From: Selaginella moellendorffii
Lineage: Eukaryota > Plantae > Lycopodiophyta
Direction of reading: 5' to 3'
NCBI RefSeq assembly: GCF_000143415.4
Contig: NW_003314388.1
Span: forward strand, 62,001 to 126,000
Length of the DNA: 64,000 nucleotides
The notes under the pieces: generated by a model
Databases searched by the model: none
Told to the model about the DNA's origin: nothing
Seen by the model: only the letters and a program-made list of their open reading frames with translations
Shown here: piece after piece, positions 36,832-49,703 of the stretch
Layout: each line of letters opens with the position of its first letter
Position numbering within the stretch: position 1 is the stretch's first letter
Program-made: the position numbers and the translations under genes

Positions 36832-39800
36832 TTAATTCTTCCTAGCATTTCGGAGGAACTCCTCAATTCTAGCTTTGAGTTCCACGTTAGGAACTAGCAT
36901 ATCGGCCGTCAAGAGCGAGCGATTGAAAGGATCCGTCTGGAGGAAAGAAAAAAGGTGTCACAGTTATAGCAAAATAATGAAAAGTTTTTTCTTGTTTACT
37001 TGGTCGCTCAGGAGATGTCTCTGTATCGTCGCTCGATCAATCGTGGTTTTCGACGACGGAAGAATCACGGGATCCTTCATCAAAGTGTACTGGGAAAGAA
37101 CACAATCAGCAAAAGCAAAACAAAAGAAAAGAAAGCTTACTTGAATAGGATCCAAAAACTCCTCAGGAACGTCACCGAGGAGAGCCTCAGTGTCCTGAGC
37201 CTCAGACACAGCTTTCTTCACTTTTTCACCAAGCAACACAAAGTCTTGCATCGTTTTCGGTGGAAGCTGATTGATCATATGGATCGCGTCAATTGCCTCC
37301 TTGAACAGCTGTTGCATTACGACCAGACACGTGAGAGAACGAACTCAGAAATTTTACATGTACCTCATCACGATACGAACGACCATCGAGAGATATTGCC
37401 TTTGAAAATTCTCCATGGATGTCACCTCTGGCAAGATTTGCATAGATCTCCACAATCTGCAGGGTATAAGTCAAGCCTTTCTACAACAGTGAACAGGAAA
37501 AGAGGTTACCTGGCAAAGCAGTTCCTTGGGTCTAAATTCGTACTTTTCTGGGTCCCTGATCCTCAGAGCTTTCCTTTGCGTGATCACTAGTTGCAGCAAG
37601 AAGTAATTGAGCATGGATGCAATTCTTTCCACCATTTCCGGAAGAAGAAACGGAGTCGTGATCTCTGAAGACGTGTATTGCAACATCTTGACGTTCTCAT
37701 TTGCCAGAATCATGTCTGAGCGAACATGCTGCAGAGAAAAAAATTAAATGTAAGTACAGGAATGGCACAAAAATAAAACTGATATACTTGTTCAATCTGG
37801 TGGAACAGTCGGAGTCTTTCCTGCCTTTCTTGTGGCGGCCTACGTTCCCACTCTGGAACGTTTGACCTTTCCGCTTCCATCTCCTTCAACTCGGGGATCT
37901 TCTTTAGGCTCTCATCCAGAAGGAAGATACTGTCGTTGATCAGCAGATTCAAGTACCTCAAGTAAAAACCTCTTTCTTCTGTTACAGCAATCTGAGGAGA
38001 CAGGAAGAGTCAAAACGTTGCTGCAAGCATTGAAAAGTTTGTGTTACCCTTTTCCACGCATTATGATGGCAGGGAACGAGCCACAAATACTCGAGGAGCT
38101 CTGCGATATTATGCCGAATATTAAATTTATCATAAAACTACGGTGAGAAAATATGATGGTCAGGCTCGTGCTGAAAGACCTACACGCAAACAGACCTGGG
38201 TATGAGAACCAGTGAATTCGATGTCCACATAAAGTTTCAGCAAGTCTGGAACAAGATGATCCATGGCCAGCTGATGCCCTTCAAATAATGTCGTCAGAGA
38301 TGAAGACAGTGCTGGTGCATAATGGCTGCAAGAAAAAAGAGAAAGAAATCATTGCTATAGCATAATCTTACTCACTTCTTTGAAGGCATCCATGCGTTTA
38401 GAACTTCCACCATTTTTGCCCGCAGGTAAGGGTTCTTCACGTAGAGAGGACTGCTCATAAACATGACAATAAAGCTCATGAACTCGTCCTGCACGAGACA
38501 CATGAGAAACATTCTTCCTTTACCAAATAGAACACGTACCAGAGAAACGCCTTCTAAACCCTTCGGCACCCGTGCGGTAAAAAGCAGCATTTCCAAAGAG
38601 TCCTCTACAAAATGTTCCGGCATGGATGCAAACTCCATCGGGCAGGGTGCAGGGAGAGGAACTCTAAAACCACCAACAAGACTTACAAGCCAAACAATCA
38701 TCAGGCGATAAAACCGGACACATTCTTGCAAGAGTTGCAAGTCCTACAAGATGAAAAAGAGAAAGTGTCAGTCAAGGGGAGAGGCAGTACTGAAGTTTAC
38801 CCGTAAAAATTGCGCCTCATAACAGTATCGGTCTTGTGTAAGCTGCTCTATGTTGTTTTCTGTGTTCTTGATAGTATTTTCTAGATCCGCCGGTGCCCCG
38901 GGGCCCTGCATGGCCTTCAGCGCCTCCAAGGAATCCTTTTGTCTCGAAAGATCCTGACGCATATCGATCTTGTCAGTCAGAAAGACCAACTCTAGAAGTG
39001 ATTTACCTGTAGTAGAGTCTTGAAATCTGAAACAGCTTTGAGTGGTCCTATATTCAGACTTCTGGCTGTCAAAAAGAAACATTCGCAGATAAACGAGAAG
39101 CTTCCTTGACCAGAAACCGAAGCTTGTACTACAGAAGCTGAAGCTCCCTGTGATTGAAGCCGCATCAACTCTTCTTGCTCACGTTGTGCCTGGGCCTGCC
39201 TGAAACCTTCAATACGGGCATAGTTGCGCTTGTCAACCCATCGAGAGAGCTCTTCCGAGGTAGCATGAATAGCTGTCAAGTTACTAACAACAAGAAACCA
39301 TTCAGAGAGGCTCGACGATTTAAAAACTGACCAACCTGAAGTTTACACGGACGTTTTTGAGAACGTAGTTTAAATCAATCTTGTCCATTTTAGTGAACGG
39401 AGGATCAAGAAACGGGTCGCAGAGCTTGAGCATGACGGCGCTCAAGTTGACGAACGACCCCGTGCTACCATTTACAAGCGGGTTGACCTACAAGGCACGC
39501 ATCAAGAGGAGAGCAAAACTGTGATGGAAAAGGAACAAAAACCTGAATTTGTGCTCTACCCGCATTCTTCTCTATGAAATCTCCTAAAAAGCCCAAGACC
39601 TGCTCTCGTGTATCGACCGAGCGAAGCAGCTTGAGCACTATCTCATGCAGTCCATCCTGGAGATGGTGCAAGCAAGACTTGATGGCCGAACAAGAAGATA
39701 GTATATCTGCCGGCCTCCTAGACGAAGCATCTGAAAAGCATTGCCGGCTGCAAGAAGAGAAGGAGAAAGCATTAGAAAGCCGAAAAAGAGAAGCAAAAGC

Positions 39801-40652
39801 ACAATACCCGATGTCCGGCTCGCCTTTCACAAACGCTACCAAGTCGGGAACAGCAGCGATGTGGAAGAACGGGCCCAAGATGGTCTCCAACTCGAAAATC
39901 CTTCCATTGACATTACTGCCCCTGACGTGAAAGTTTGGGTGCCTCACCAAAGCTCTAGCGAGTGCTGGATACGAGACCAACGTGACGAGAATCCCCAGAG
40001 GCTTTTGGAAGGGTCCGAGAGCCGAGAGCCTCATCACACTGTCGCGAAGGCCGATGAACACCCCGTGAAAGATGGCGTCCAACTCCTCGCCCTGGAATCT
40101 GGCTATGGTCTGCTCGATGAAACCTTGTGGTAGATTGGAGCCGCTGTAACCGGAGCTCTCGGAGGAGGGCGACTCGTCCATCATCGCGGCCAGTAGCGGC
40201 GATAGAGGCTTGGAAGAATTTCGCTGGAGCTCCTGCTGTGGAAATGTTCCTGGATGGATGATCGAGATCCCGGCATAGGAAACAACCAATTCCTTGACTT
40301 GGTTGAGAGTCTCCTGGATCCACACCATGGATTTCTTGTCCTTCATGGCCTGGGATTTGCGGCCCTCGTCCACGGCCCTCCGATAGCAGGCGATGAGATA
40401 GAGCAATGGCTCCTCCCGAGCGTGGAAATACGTCGTGAGCCTGTCCATGAGCGCGCGCTCGATCAGGTCCCGGGACAGCAGCATCGGCCGATCCTCGCTC
40501 ATCAGCTCCGCGGCGATCTGCTCGAGAAAGACGAGATTGGAAGAAGGGGCATTGCTCGCGTCAGCTGGGGGCGAGAGAGTGAGCTGCAAGACGCGGCGGA
40601 GCATGAGATCTTCAATCTCCTGGAGGCTCCTCTCCGCCTTTGGGATCGCCAT
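36832..40652 (-). CDS. UFD2: U-box ubiquitin conjugation factor E4 (UFD2/PUB1/UBE4), multi-exon
   Basis: SFICECFFLTAR, PEHFVED, KNPYLRAKMVEVL, LLINDSIFLLDESL, U-box PEEFLDPIQYTLMKDPVILPSS..IQRHLLSDQTDPFNRS. Confidence 0.96.
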
Positions 40653-41024
40653 GGTGCTCTGCGCCTCCTACCCGACCTAAGCGCCTCACCTAGATTCCCT
40701 TCAGCTGATCGTCGCTCTCCACGGAAAACCCTAAGCGAACCATCCTCTACAAGAACCCTAAAACAAAGGATGAAAAAATATAAAATGAAGATTTTTCTGG
40801 TCTAGCCACTGCGTGTGGGAGTGTAGTCTGAGAGATTGTGGAATTTTTAATATACAATAGAAAGATATAATGATATCCACGAAATAGTTGGAATATAAAA
40901 TATATGGCAACTAATATGTGCTTGCACATCGAAACCATTATATATGGAAAAATATCAATCACTTTTAGATTGTTATATATAATTGAAACATGATTATGTA
41001 TATAATATTTTTGTCATAAAGTAT

Positions 41025-41027
<3 letters not shown>

Positions 41028-41064
<37 letters not shown>
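41028..41064. repeat. (AT)n microsatellite
   Basis: Directly visible. Confidence 0.95.
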
Positions 41065-41067
<3 letters not shown>

Positions 41068-41329
41068 ATATATATATAGTATTACACCTTAGATTGCGAT
41101 GCAAGACTGATACCACATTATTTAAGATGATGTGATGTTATTATAAATCTAGTGAAAGCCTTTTTTTTATCTCATTCTTATGTTATTAAGTGTAGATTTA
41201 TGATCTTCAGATTGTGATCATTTCTTTTCTCTCATTTTGCACAACTATAATTTATTTTTAACATCTTTGAAGCATATTTCAATTATAACATATGATGGAA
41301 AAAATCATATGTGATTAATTGGAGCACAA

Positions 41330-43020
41330 AAGTTAGGTCAAAACATTTTTTTGGGTATTTGGGGCAAGTGCAATGGTTTTTCTATGAGTAAATAGAGTTT
41401 GTTATAGTGATAATAAAGTATTAATTTCTCATATTTTTAATTACACATTGAAGTTTTTAACATTGCAATGATTTATTGTGTTTGGCTTATTGCACAAACA
41501 CATCTTACCAAATAAAAAACCTTTAAACACACAATGATGGTATGTTTAACTTATAACATCTAAAAGCATTCAAAATCTAATTTGCATACTGAAAAATATT
41601 ATATCCATATTCCTGAAGTATAAACAATATAATGAGTAAAACCAAATTAACATGGAGTGGAAATTCTCTCAATATAAAAAATTATATTGAATTGGACTTT
41701 AATGACCACTAATGTATACTTATATGTAAACAAATGTTACACTTAAAATATTTTTTTGTGAGTCATACATAACAATAATTAAACACATATGTGTTTCTTT
41801 TCATATATTTTGCAAAATTTAGCAATTTTTTATAAACTTCTGACCCTAAGTACACCTCCTCTCTTGGCAAATGTACTATAAACAATAATGACTTAAAAAA
41901 CAATCTATAAAAGTTTAAATATATATATTAAAAAGCCTTTTTCCCAAATTGATTAACCTTAAACATCCAAATATTTTTATGTGTCATTAGGTTTGAATGG
42001 ATAACCTCTTAGGAAATTTAAATTTATAGTATCAAAAACAATTTTAAGTTTAACTTTATTAATTTTTAGGGGAATCATAGTGCATATTAAAATTGATATT
42101 TAATAATTGAATTTATTTTAGTTGAACTTGACCTAAAGGGTGAAGTGTCAAAAGAGCAAGGTTTTTAATAGAATTATAGTTCTTAACTTTTGTTTACGAG
42201 GGCGTAAACTTGTAAGGAAGCAATAAAAAAAATATTTATAAAGGTTTAAATATAAAATAAAAGACTTATAAACAAGAGTGTATCTTTTTTATAAAAGATT
42301 TTAAGATATTTGAGGTTAAGGATTTTAAAATATTTAGGGTTTGAGCCTCCTTGGATTTTGCTGAGCTGAATAAATTCTTTGGAAATTCAAATTCAAAAGT
42401 TAGTTATATAGGTTTTTTTAGGCTTTCTAAATTTTAAATAACAATAACATTGCAGACAATAATACATATTTGCCATACATATATGGGACAATAATATATA
42501 CATGTGTTCAGAATATTATTTTGGGAGACATATATATGTGTTAATAAAAATTTAAACATATATGGGTGGCATAGGTGGAACCCTAAAGAATAAATACCCC
42601 ATCATAAAATAAGCATTTCATATATACAAAATCTAAATCAGTGCCACATATGCAATTTTTTACATTACATAAATTTCACTCCATGTTAAATATTTTGATT
42701 GGTTAACACTTAAGGTTTATGGGTGTGATATTTTTCAGCATGCAAACTTGATTTTGAGTTTAGATGGCATGGGCTAAACTCACAAACACTCTATGTTTAA
42801 AACTCTCTCCCTAATGAGGGTAATGAAAAGTGTTTTGCACAATAAATTTAAGTGCAATAAACCATTACAATGCTAAAACTTTTAATGAGTAATTAAGAAT
42901 GCAAAAAATCAATAAAGCTAACACATTACTAAAGTTATAACAAAATCTAGTTGCTCACAAAAAAACTATTGTGCTCAACACCCCAAACACCCAGAGAAAT
43001 ATTTTGTCTCACCTCCTAAT
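41330..43020. mobile_element. Degenerate AT-rich non-autonomous element with long imperfect terminal inverted repeats (foldback/MULE-like)
   Basis: ~41330-41670 is an imperfect reverse complement of ~42665-43020 (e.g. ttaacatggagtggaaatt / aatttcactccatgttaa). No ORF. Boundaries approximate, TSD not identified. Confidence 0.55.
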
Positions 43021-43836
43021 AAAATCCAATGGCATAAAGATTAACTCTGTGATACTTACCCAACACTGTTGATTTTCAGCGAACATAGGGCTCATAATCA
43101 CCTGCATTACATTGGCTTGCTTAAGATGACTTATGAGGATCTGGAGAACAAGAAGGGAATTCTTCTATAGTTGTTACTTAGCCATGGCTTCCTTTATTTT
43201 ACTGCTTCTTCTTCTAAGTTAAAGATTTGTGAGTTGCCAGAGATCCTGGAGTCATCGAGGTTTGTGGTATGTGCATAATTCACAAGATAGATGAGAGTCT
43301 TCCTCTCTAATCCGCTAGCAGCAGACACTTTCAGGACGTAGAGGCTTGCAAGATATAATGGTCAATAGAGCTCTTGAACCAAATAGTCCAAGTATCTTGG
43401 AGAAAGAAGAGAGGAAGAAACCAAATACTTGAGAAGCATAAGAAGATGGCTGATAAACTGGAGCACGATGAGCTCGAGGATCAACAATTGATTCATACTA
43501 GGACTCAAGGAGTAAACCTTACAAACCAAGCAGCAAAATGAAATGGAGATGCTTCTCCAAAAGGGGACCAGCTAGGAGAACGATCTGTAGCAAATCCATC
43601 ATATTTTCCTCCTCCCAGTGACATAAGAACATCCGAAGTAGTACCAATCAAACCTAGGGAATATGGTTGCCTTGGATTTTACAACTCGAGGACACACAAA
43701 GCACGAAAGAGAACGTTTTCTCCTTGAGGTTAGGTTAACCAGAGTTTCACATAACTAAATTTTAAAGTGTATGTAAAAAGAATATAAAGTGTTTATATGT
43801 AATATGGAACTAAGAAAAAAAATGTTTACAAACATC

Positions 43837-45230
43837 TCAGGAAGAAAAGGCTGCTACAACCATATCCACGCTTCTCTCAATCTCTTTCAAGTACTCAACG
43901 AGAATTCTTTGCTTGTAAGAGCCACCTTCCTGCTTATAAGCTTTTGCTCAAAAAACCAAGAAAAGAAAAAAAAAATGAAGCAATGAGACTTACTGTTCTA
44001 AGAAGAATTCGCTCAATGCGTTTCTTAGCCATTTTGCGAAGATCTACGCTCTTAACTGGGCCACCGCCCAAGTCCACTCCGGACCTTATCATGCTATCCC
44101 AAGCTTCGCTGTCAGCTATAAAAAATAGAAGTTGTCTAGCTAACCACGAGAAAAGGAAGATGCAAAAGCGAACCTGAGATTATATTCTCGAGCAGTTCCT
44201 CAGCTTCGTCTACGACTCCATCTGCTTGCATCAAACAAAGAAAAAAGGATTACAGCGTAAGTTTGTTGTGAGAAACGATTGAAGCTACAAACCTCTCTTG
44301 GCATAGCTTGTCTTTGCAAGAAACGTTGCTGCATAAAGTTGTAGCACTTTTTGTAGCAAAGCCAGCAATCCGGGCTTATCAGCATCTTTTTTGGCCTTTC
44401 TAGCAACGAAAAATGTGAAAATATATGAAAATACAAGAAAAGGAAACCTTCCATCCATACCTGACGAAGTTGAGCGTTCACTTCTGCGAGAAAACCATCA
44501 TCCAAGTAGCCGGAACTTTCCCTGTGCATCAGCTCCTGAGATTGAGAAAGAAGGAAAAAGGAATTTAAAAAGAACAAACATCTACAAAAACAGAGATACC
44601 TTTCTCACTCTTTGCAGCGCATCAGGATCACGAGGCGGCCAGACAATTTCTTCGTTTTTGGAGCCTGCGACTGGCTCTAGAATCGCCATAAGCACATCTG
44701 TGGAAGTTTCAATCTTTTCCTGTTGATTCAGACAAATAAACATTCTTTCAGACAAAAATTGGGTGATAACAGATATGTGTAAACCTCTGTCTTCTGTACA
44801 ATGCGCTCGACTAGCTGCATTATGTTGGATGCAAGCTCTTCAAGATCCACCTTCCAAATTTTATTTTTTACAACAAGATAATACGAAATGGATGAAACCT
44901 TACCTCATCATCTTCCGATTTACAAAGGTCTGTCCTGGTAGCCAGTCGAAGCCAGAACTTACTATCAAACGCCAGGACATTCTCCGCAACTATCTGTGGT
45001 AGCTAGAGAATAAAAACGAAAAACAAAACTTTCAGTGATCATTATTTAAGTAGCCAGTTCTTTCCGACTCGCTCACCAGTTGGGAGTCTGTGCTCCGCAG
45101 CTTATCTATCAATCGATCAATCTCTTCGCCGCTGCTCGATTCTGATGCCTGGCTGGAATCAGCAGCAGCAGCACAAATGCAAAAGTTTCTCCTTGTCTCC
45201 GAGCACCTGAGAGAGATATAAGCAACGAAA
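43837..45230 (-). pseudogene. PRDA1: PRDA1 copy 1, 5'-truncated (exons 1-2 and promoter detached by the rearrangement)
   Basis: Near-identical to 53524-54908, then breaks within intron 2 at 45230. Confidence 0.88.
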
Positions 45231-45236
45231 TGATGA

Positions 45237-45381
45237 ACGATGAACTCGAGTGGATGGCGATGGAGCAGGGACAGGCCATGGAGGACGAAGAGCTTCTCAT
45301 GAATGAAGCGTTCTTTGATCAGATCCGGGGCTCCGATGGGTTTGAGGAGGGCAGGGGAGGGTTTGAGGATGTGAATGCCGG
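45237..45381 (+). pseudogene. CTF18: Inverted fragment of CTF18 exon 1
   Basis: Reverse complement of ~59067-59219 ([20 protein letters not shown]) with a 9-nt deletion. Confidence 0.9.
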
Positions 45382-46097
45382 TGCGTGTCCAGCGATTTTT
45401 TTCCCTTTAGGTAGAGTTTGATTCTTGATTTGCAGCTGCTGTTTTGTAGCTATTCTTCGATTGATAATTATGGACACTCAAATCCAATAACTTAAGAGAA
45501 TCAAAGCTGATTTGTTTCGTTCAGAATCCCCTCCCTTTTCTTTTGAAGCTGTTGTTGCAATGGCGACAATGGCGGCTGCTGCTGCTTCAGCATTCTGCTG
45601 TATTCGGTCTTCCAATGGAAATGGCCACTGGGTAACGAGGGTTCTCCGGTGTTTCAGATGTAAATCTCTTTCTTTCATATTTTATTTTGTTAGGCTTCTG
45701 GATACGTTCCAACGAGGCCCTGGGTTCTTCGAGTTCATAGCATTGCGGAGCCGAATCTGCGAATGTGAGTCACCTCCTACCCTGTGTTTTGTTGGTTTTT
45801 CGTTGCTTATATCTCTCTCAGGTGCTCTGAGACAAGGAGCAACTTTTGCATTTGTGCTGCTGCTGCTGATTCCAGCCAGGCATCACAATCGAGCAGCGGC
45901 GAAGAGATTGATCGATTGATAGATAAGCTGCGGAGCACAGACTCCCAACTGGTGAGTGAGTCGGAAAGAACCGGCTACTTAAATAATGATCACTGAAAGT
46001 TTTGTTTTTCCTTTTTATTCTCGTTTGATAGTAAGTTCTGGCTTCGACTGGCTACCAGGACAGACCTTTGTAAATCGGAAGATGATGAGGTAAGGTT
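45380..46097 (+). pseudogene. PRDA1: Inverted PRDA1 upstream region + exons 1-4 (ATG at 45560), with a 35-nt deletion removing an acceptor site
   Basis: Reverse complement of ~54573-55325. Confidence 0.9.
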
Positions 46098-46220
46098 GAC
46101 AATGCCCAAATGCCCAAATGCCTTACAAATTCTGCTAGCCCAAATATTCTGTTTAGCAGGTCAGAACACTCCGTCTATTTACAAAAGATTCTGTTTACAA
46201 AAAAAAGGGAGGGAAAAACA

Positions 46221-49124
46221 TCAATCCACAAACGGCAGAGGCACCGACTTGACAGCACGAAACTTTCCAACGTTGTTGAAATGCTCGTTCTCCAGCCTAG
46301 ATCAAAGACATTGCGAATTTTAGGGCCAGAGAATCGAAGAGATGGAAGAATGTGACGAGATTTACCTGTAATAGTTCCATTGTCCACGCCTGATAACTTC
46401 CAAGCTAGCCACGATGAGCGACAGCCCCTTGGGATTTATCCCTGGCATCGAAATCGGTATCAAGGATTGGAGCCACGCGAATCTCAGCAAAATGTTTGAC
46501 ACCTACATTGTCACCGAGAGCTTTAGAACTGAAACCGATAAGTTGATGGCAAGAACTTACAATGGCGAAGTAGTAGACCGACTTGTATGGGATAGCGAGC
46601 TTGTCCCTGAGCCAGGGATTGGCGGAGTTTCGCTCGAGAAGGCCCCAGTCGTAGACTAAATCCCAGTAAGTTGAGACAATGGCTGCTGTGGCTGAGATGG
46701 CGATGGTGAAGCCCAGCAGCAGTGGATCCTTGTAGTATCCGTAGGCCAGCCTCGCTGCCACGGCCAGGATCGCCGAGAAGTATTTGAGAGCGTTGTACAG
46801 CTGCATCACATCCTTCTCATCGTACCAACGCCGTAGACACTGTCATGAGGAGAAGGAGCTACGTAAGTTACCAAGGAGGAGCTCAACAGAATCTGCGAGA
46901 CGCATGAAGTTACCTGCGAGAAACGGCACCAGTAAGGTAGCAACGCCATGACGAATCCAAACGTGATGAAGGTCGGGTTCTTGAGGCAGGCATTGCTGTT
47001 GCGGTCCTTGAAAAATCCACCACCGAAGTAGCATAGAACGTATTCCAAATCCCTCAGTGCCGGAACCTGCAACTCAAAGTTTGTCACAAAGCTGAGAATG
47101 AGGCTGGCCGATTTTACCTGACTCGTAAGCTGGTCTGCGAGAAGAAAATCCGTGATGATAACCTGTCATACAGACAAAACCATGAATACCAACTTGATAT
47201 ATCACGAGAGACACTGCGAACCTTGTAGAATGGCGTCAATAGGCAATGCCAAAGGGCGTTCAGGAAAAAGTAACGGGTGGCGCGGTAGAGTATGTTGAAC
47301 GGCATAAACAGAAGCACGACCATTCCCTGAAGTACAACACGGAAGTTCAGGCATTTGGTACAAAAAATCTTCTAAAGCAAAATCCTTACGGCGACAACGA
47401 GGAGCGGGATGATTTCCTGATATGTTTGGCAGCATATCTCACCAGCCGTCACTTGCAAGTGTAGTATCAATCCACTCAGAGCTAATGTGCTCAGCCCCGT
47501 TGCGAGTAAAAACACATCTCGGAAGCGTAGCTCGGACTTTCGGTTGAGCCCAAGAATAAACGTGTGATTTATTCTGGTCCTTCTCCACATATATATGTTT
47601 AGTCCGTAAAGGAAGAAGTGCAGCATTACTGCTGCAAGCATACTGTAAAGAGAAGTATATCTCATGAGAAAGTTAGACAAAGATATTAGCTGAGGTCTCA
47701 CCTGAAAATCGGGAACACTGCATCCATGTATGTCGTAGCATATTCACGAACATATAGCCTCTCGACGCGAATGGTTAAAACGAGAGACACTAGAAGAGCA
47801 ACAGAGAGACCAAAGAATACACCTGCGCAAACAAAGCTGTTAAGTTAACCAGGCACCTTGAGGACTCTCAAGAACATCGCATTACCTACAAAGAATGATA
47901 TCCGGTGCCTCTCATTCCGGGCCTCGGGTCTCAAAACTTGCATTGCGTCGCGACGGTTTGAATCCGTGAAATGCTTGGTGAAGAGTACCTCTACTTTTTC
48001 CATAAGCTTTTGGATCTGAAAGTGAGAAACATCGAGTGGCATTGACACCGATGGAGAATATTAATGTGCGATCACTTACAATCTCAGATTGTCCGATGTA
48101 TGAATCTTCTACGGCTTTCATGTACTTCCTTCCAAGGTTCCGCTGAGTAACCTGGAGGCATCGTACAAAGAATCTGTGTCAATTAAACCGGTGGATGTCA
48201 AAAAGCTGGCTGACCTTGTCGTATTTCTTCAGGAGCTTTGAAAACGCAATTATGTTCAATGAGCTGCAGAGGAAAAGGACAACATGAAAACACGAACTTT
48301 CGAAAAGCGAACTTACGTACCAAAAGTTTCTCAAGATGTAGAGGCCCTTGTAAAACTCCACGAAGGCGTTCTGAAGCATCTCCTCGGCTCGCTTCAGTCG
48401 CCGCGAGTTTAAGTTCGTGATGGACTTGTTGGCCAGCTCCGCGAAGAGAGCAGCCAGCGCGTCGGCTGGCTTCGCCGCAGGGATGTCAATCTTTATCTGT
48501 CGCACGCTCCCTCCATCTTCCTCCACCACGGACAGGTGGCCATGGCTGCTAGCGTTGCTCTCCCCGTTTCCAGCGTCTAAGTTGTCCACGGATTTCTTTG
48601 CCGAGAGGAGAGCTTCCATCTGGGAATCCAGCGCCGTCGCCTGCGTCACGAGCTCCTTCTCCTTGGACTTGTAAAACTTGTTGAGCTTGGCCAGCTCCTC
48701 ATCGAGCAGCCGAAAGAACGTTCTCTCGAGCTCGTTGTGCGGGCTACCAACACCCAAGAACGCTGTCTGGAACTCCATGCCATCGCTAGTTTGCTTTGGC
48801 TCGATCTATATCCACAAAAGAAAAAGTGTCACAACGTTAAGTGAATCCCGAAGAAGAAGAATCTCATACCATGATCATCTCTTCCTCCCGTGCTTCCGGA
48901 GAGGTCGGCGATCGCGCCCCCCGCGGCGAATGCGCATGTTGGAATCCGCTGACGAGCCTCCGGAAGTTTGAGATCCTCCTGGAGAGGTGCGGCTCGCTCT
49001 CCTCTTGCCATTGCTTCTTGATCTTGGCCATATGCTTGACGATCTCCTTGCCCTGCCGGTAGTCCAAGTACGCCTCCCTCCATTCCGGGACCTGCTGCGT
49101 CTCAAACTGCTTGCCAAACTTCAT
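46221..49124 (-). CDS. PHO1: PHO1-family phosphate exporter (SPX + EXS), copy 1
   Basis: [92 protein letters not shown]. Confidence 0.94.
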
Positions 49125-49703
49125 CGCGATCGAGATCGATTCAGCGCGAGCGACAAAGAAATATCGATCGGCCCTCCCTCCTCGCAGATCCAAATCGGCC
49201 CCACTCTAATCGAAATGCTGCTTTCTCAGATCGAAAATCTCACCTCGCACTCCGCTTCAATCCAAATGCCAGTTAAATCTCATCTACTGCGGGAGCTGGA
49301 GAGATTTCCAGCGTTATAAGCTAGGGCTTTATTAGAGCTCTATAGAAGTCATTACAACTCGATCCACTCTAATGTGTCAGAAGAAAATCACCATAGCCAA
49401 ACACACTAGGACAGACTGTTTGGCACACGTGGAAGAAATGCGGATTAATATATATAGCCTCTTGACCTGGACTTGAGTACGTTAGAGAGAAAAAAGGCTT
49501 TCAAAGGATATAGTAAGCAGTCATGTGATGTTTCTTGTTGGAACTTAAATATCAAAAGGGCTGCAACCAATGATGATTCGTGGACATCAACTATTATATA
49601 AGTGGAACTGAGGTTATTTTGCCCGTACACAAAAGTTTTAGTGTTTTTATACACATGTCCAAAGGAGCCAGCAGTAAGCGCGAGGGATATATCCGGAAAG
49701 ATT

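Noticed and set aside
43080-43700. Coding-like fragment (..SLGGGKYDGFATDRSPSWSPF..) beside the AT-rich element, also at ~52800-53330
   Set aside because: Interrupted by indels between the two copies and not identifiable.
49684-49694. GGATATATCC palindrome as a P1BS site upstream of PHO1
   Set aside because: Does not fit the GNATATNC consensus.
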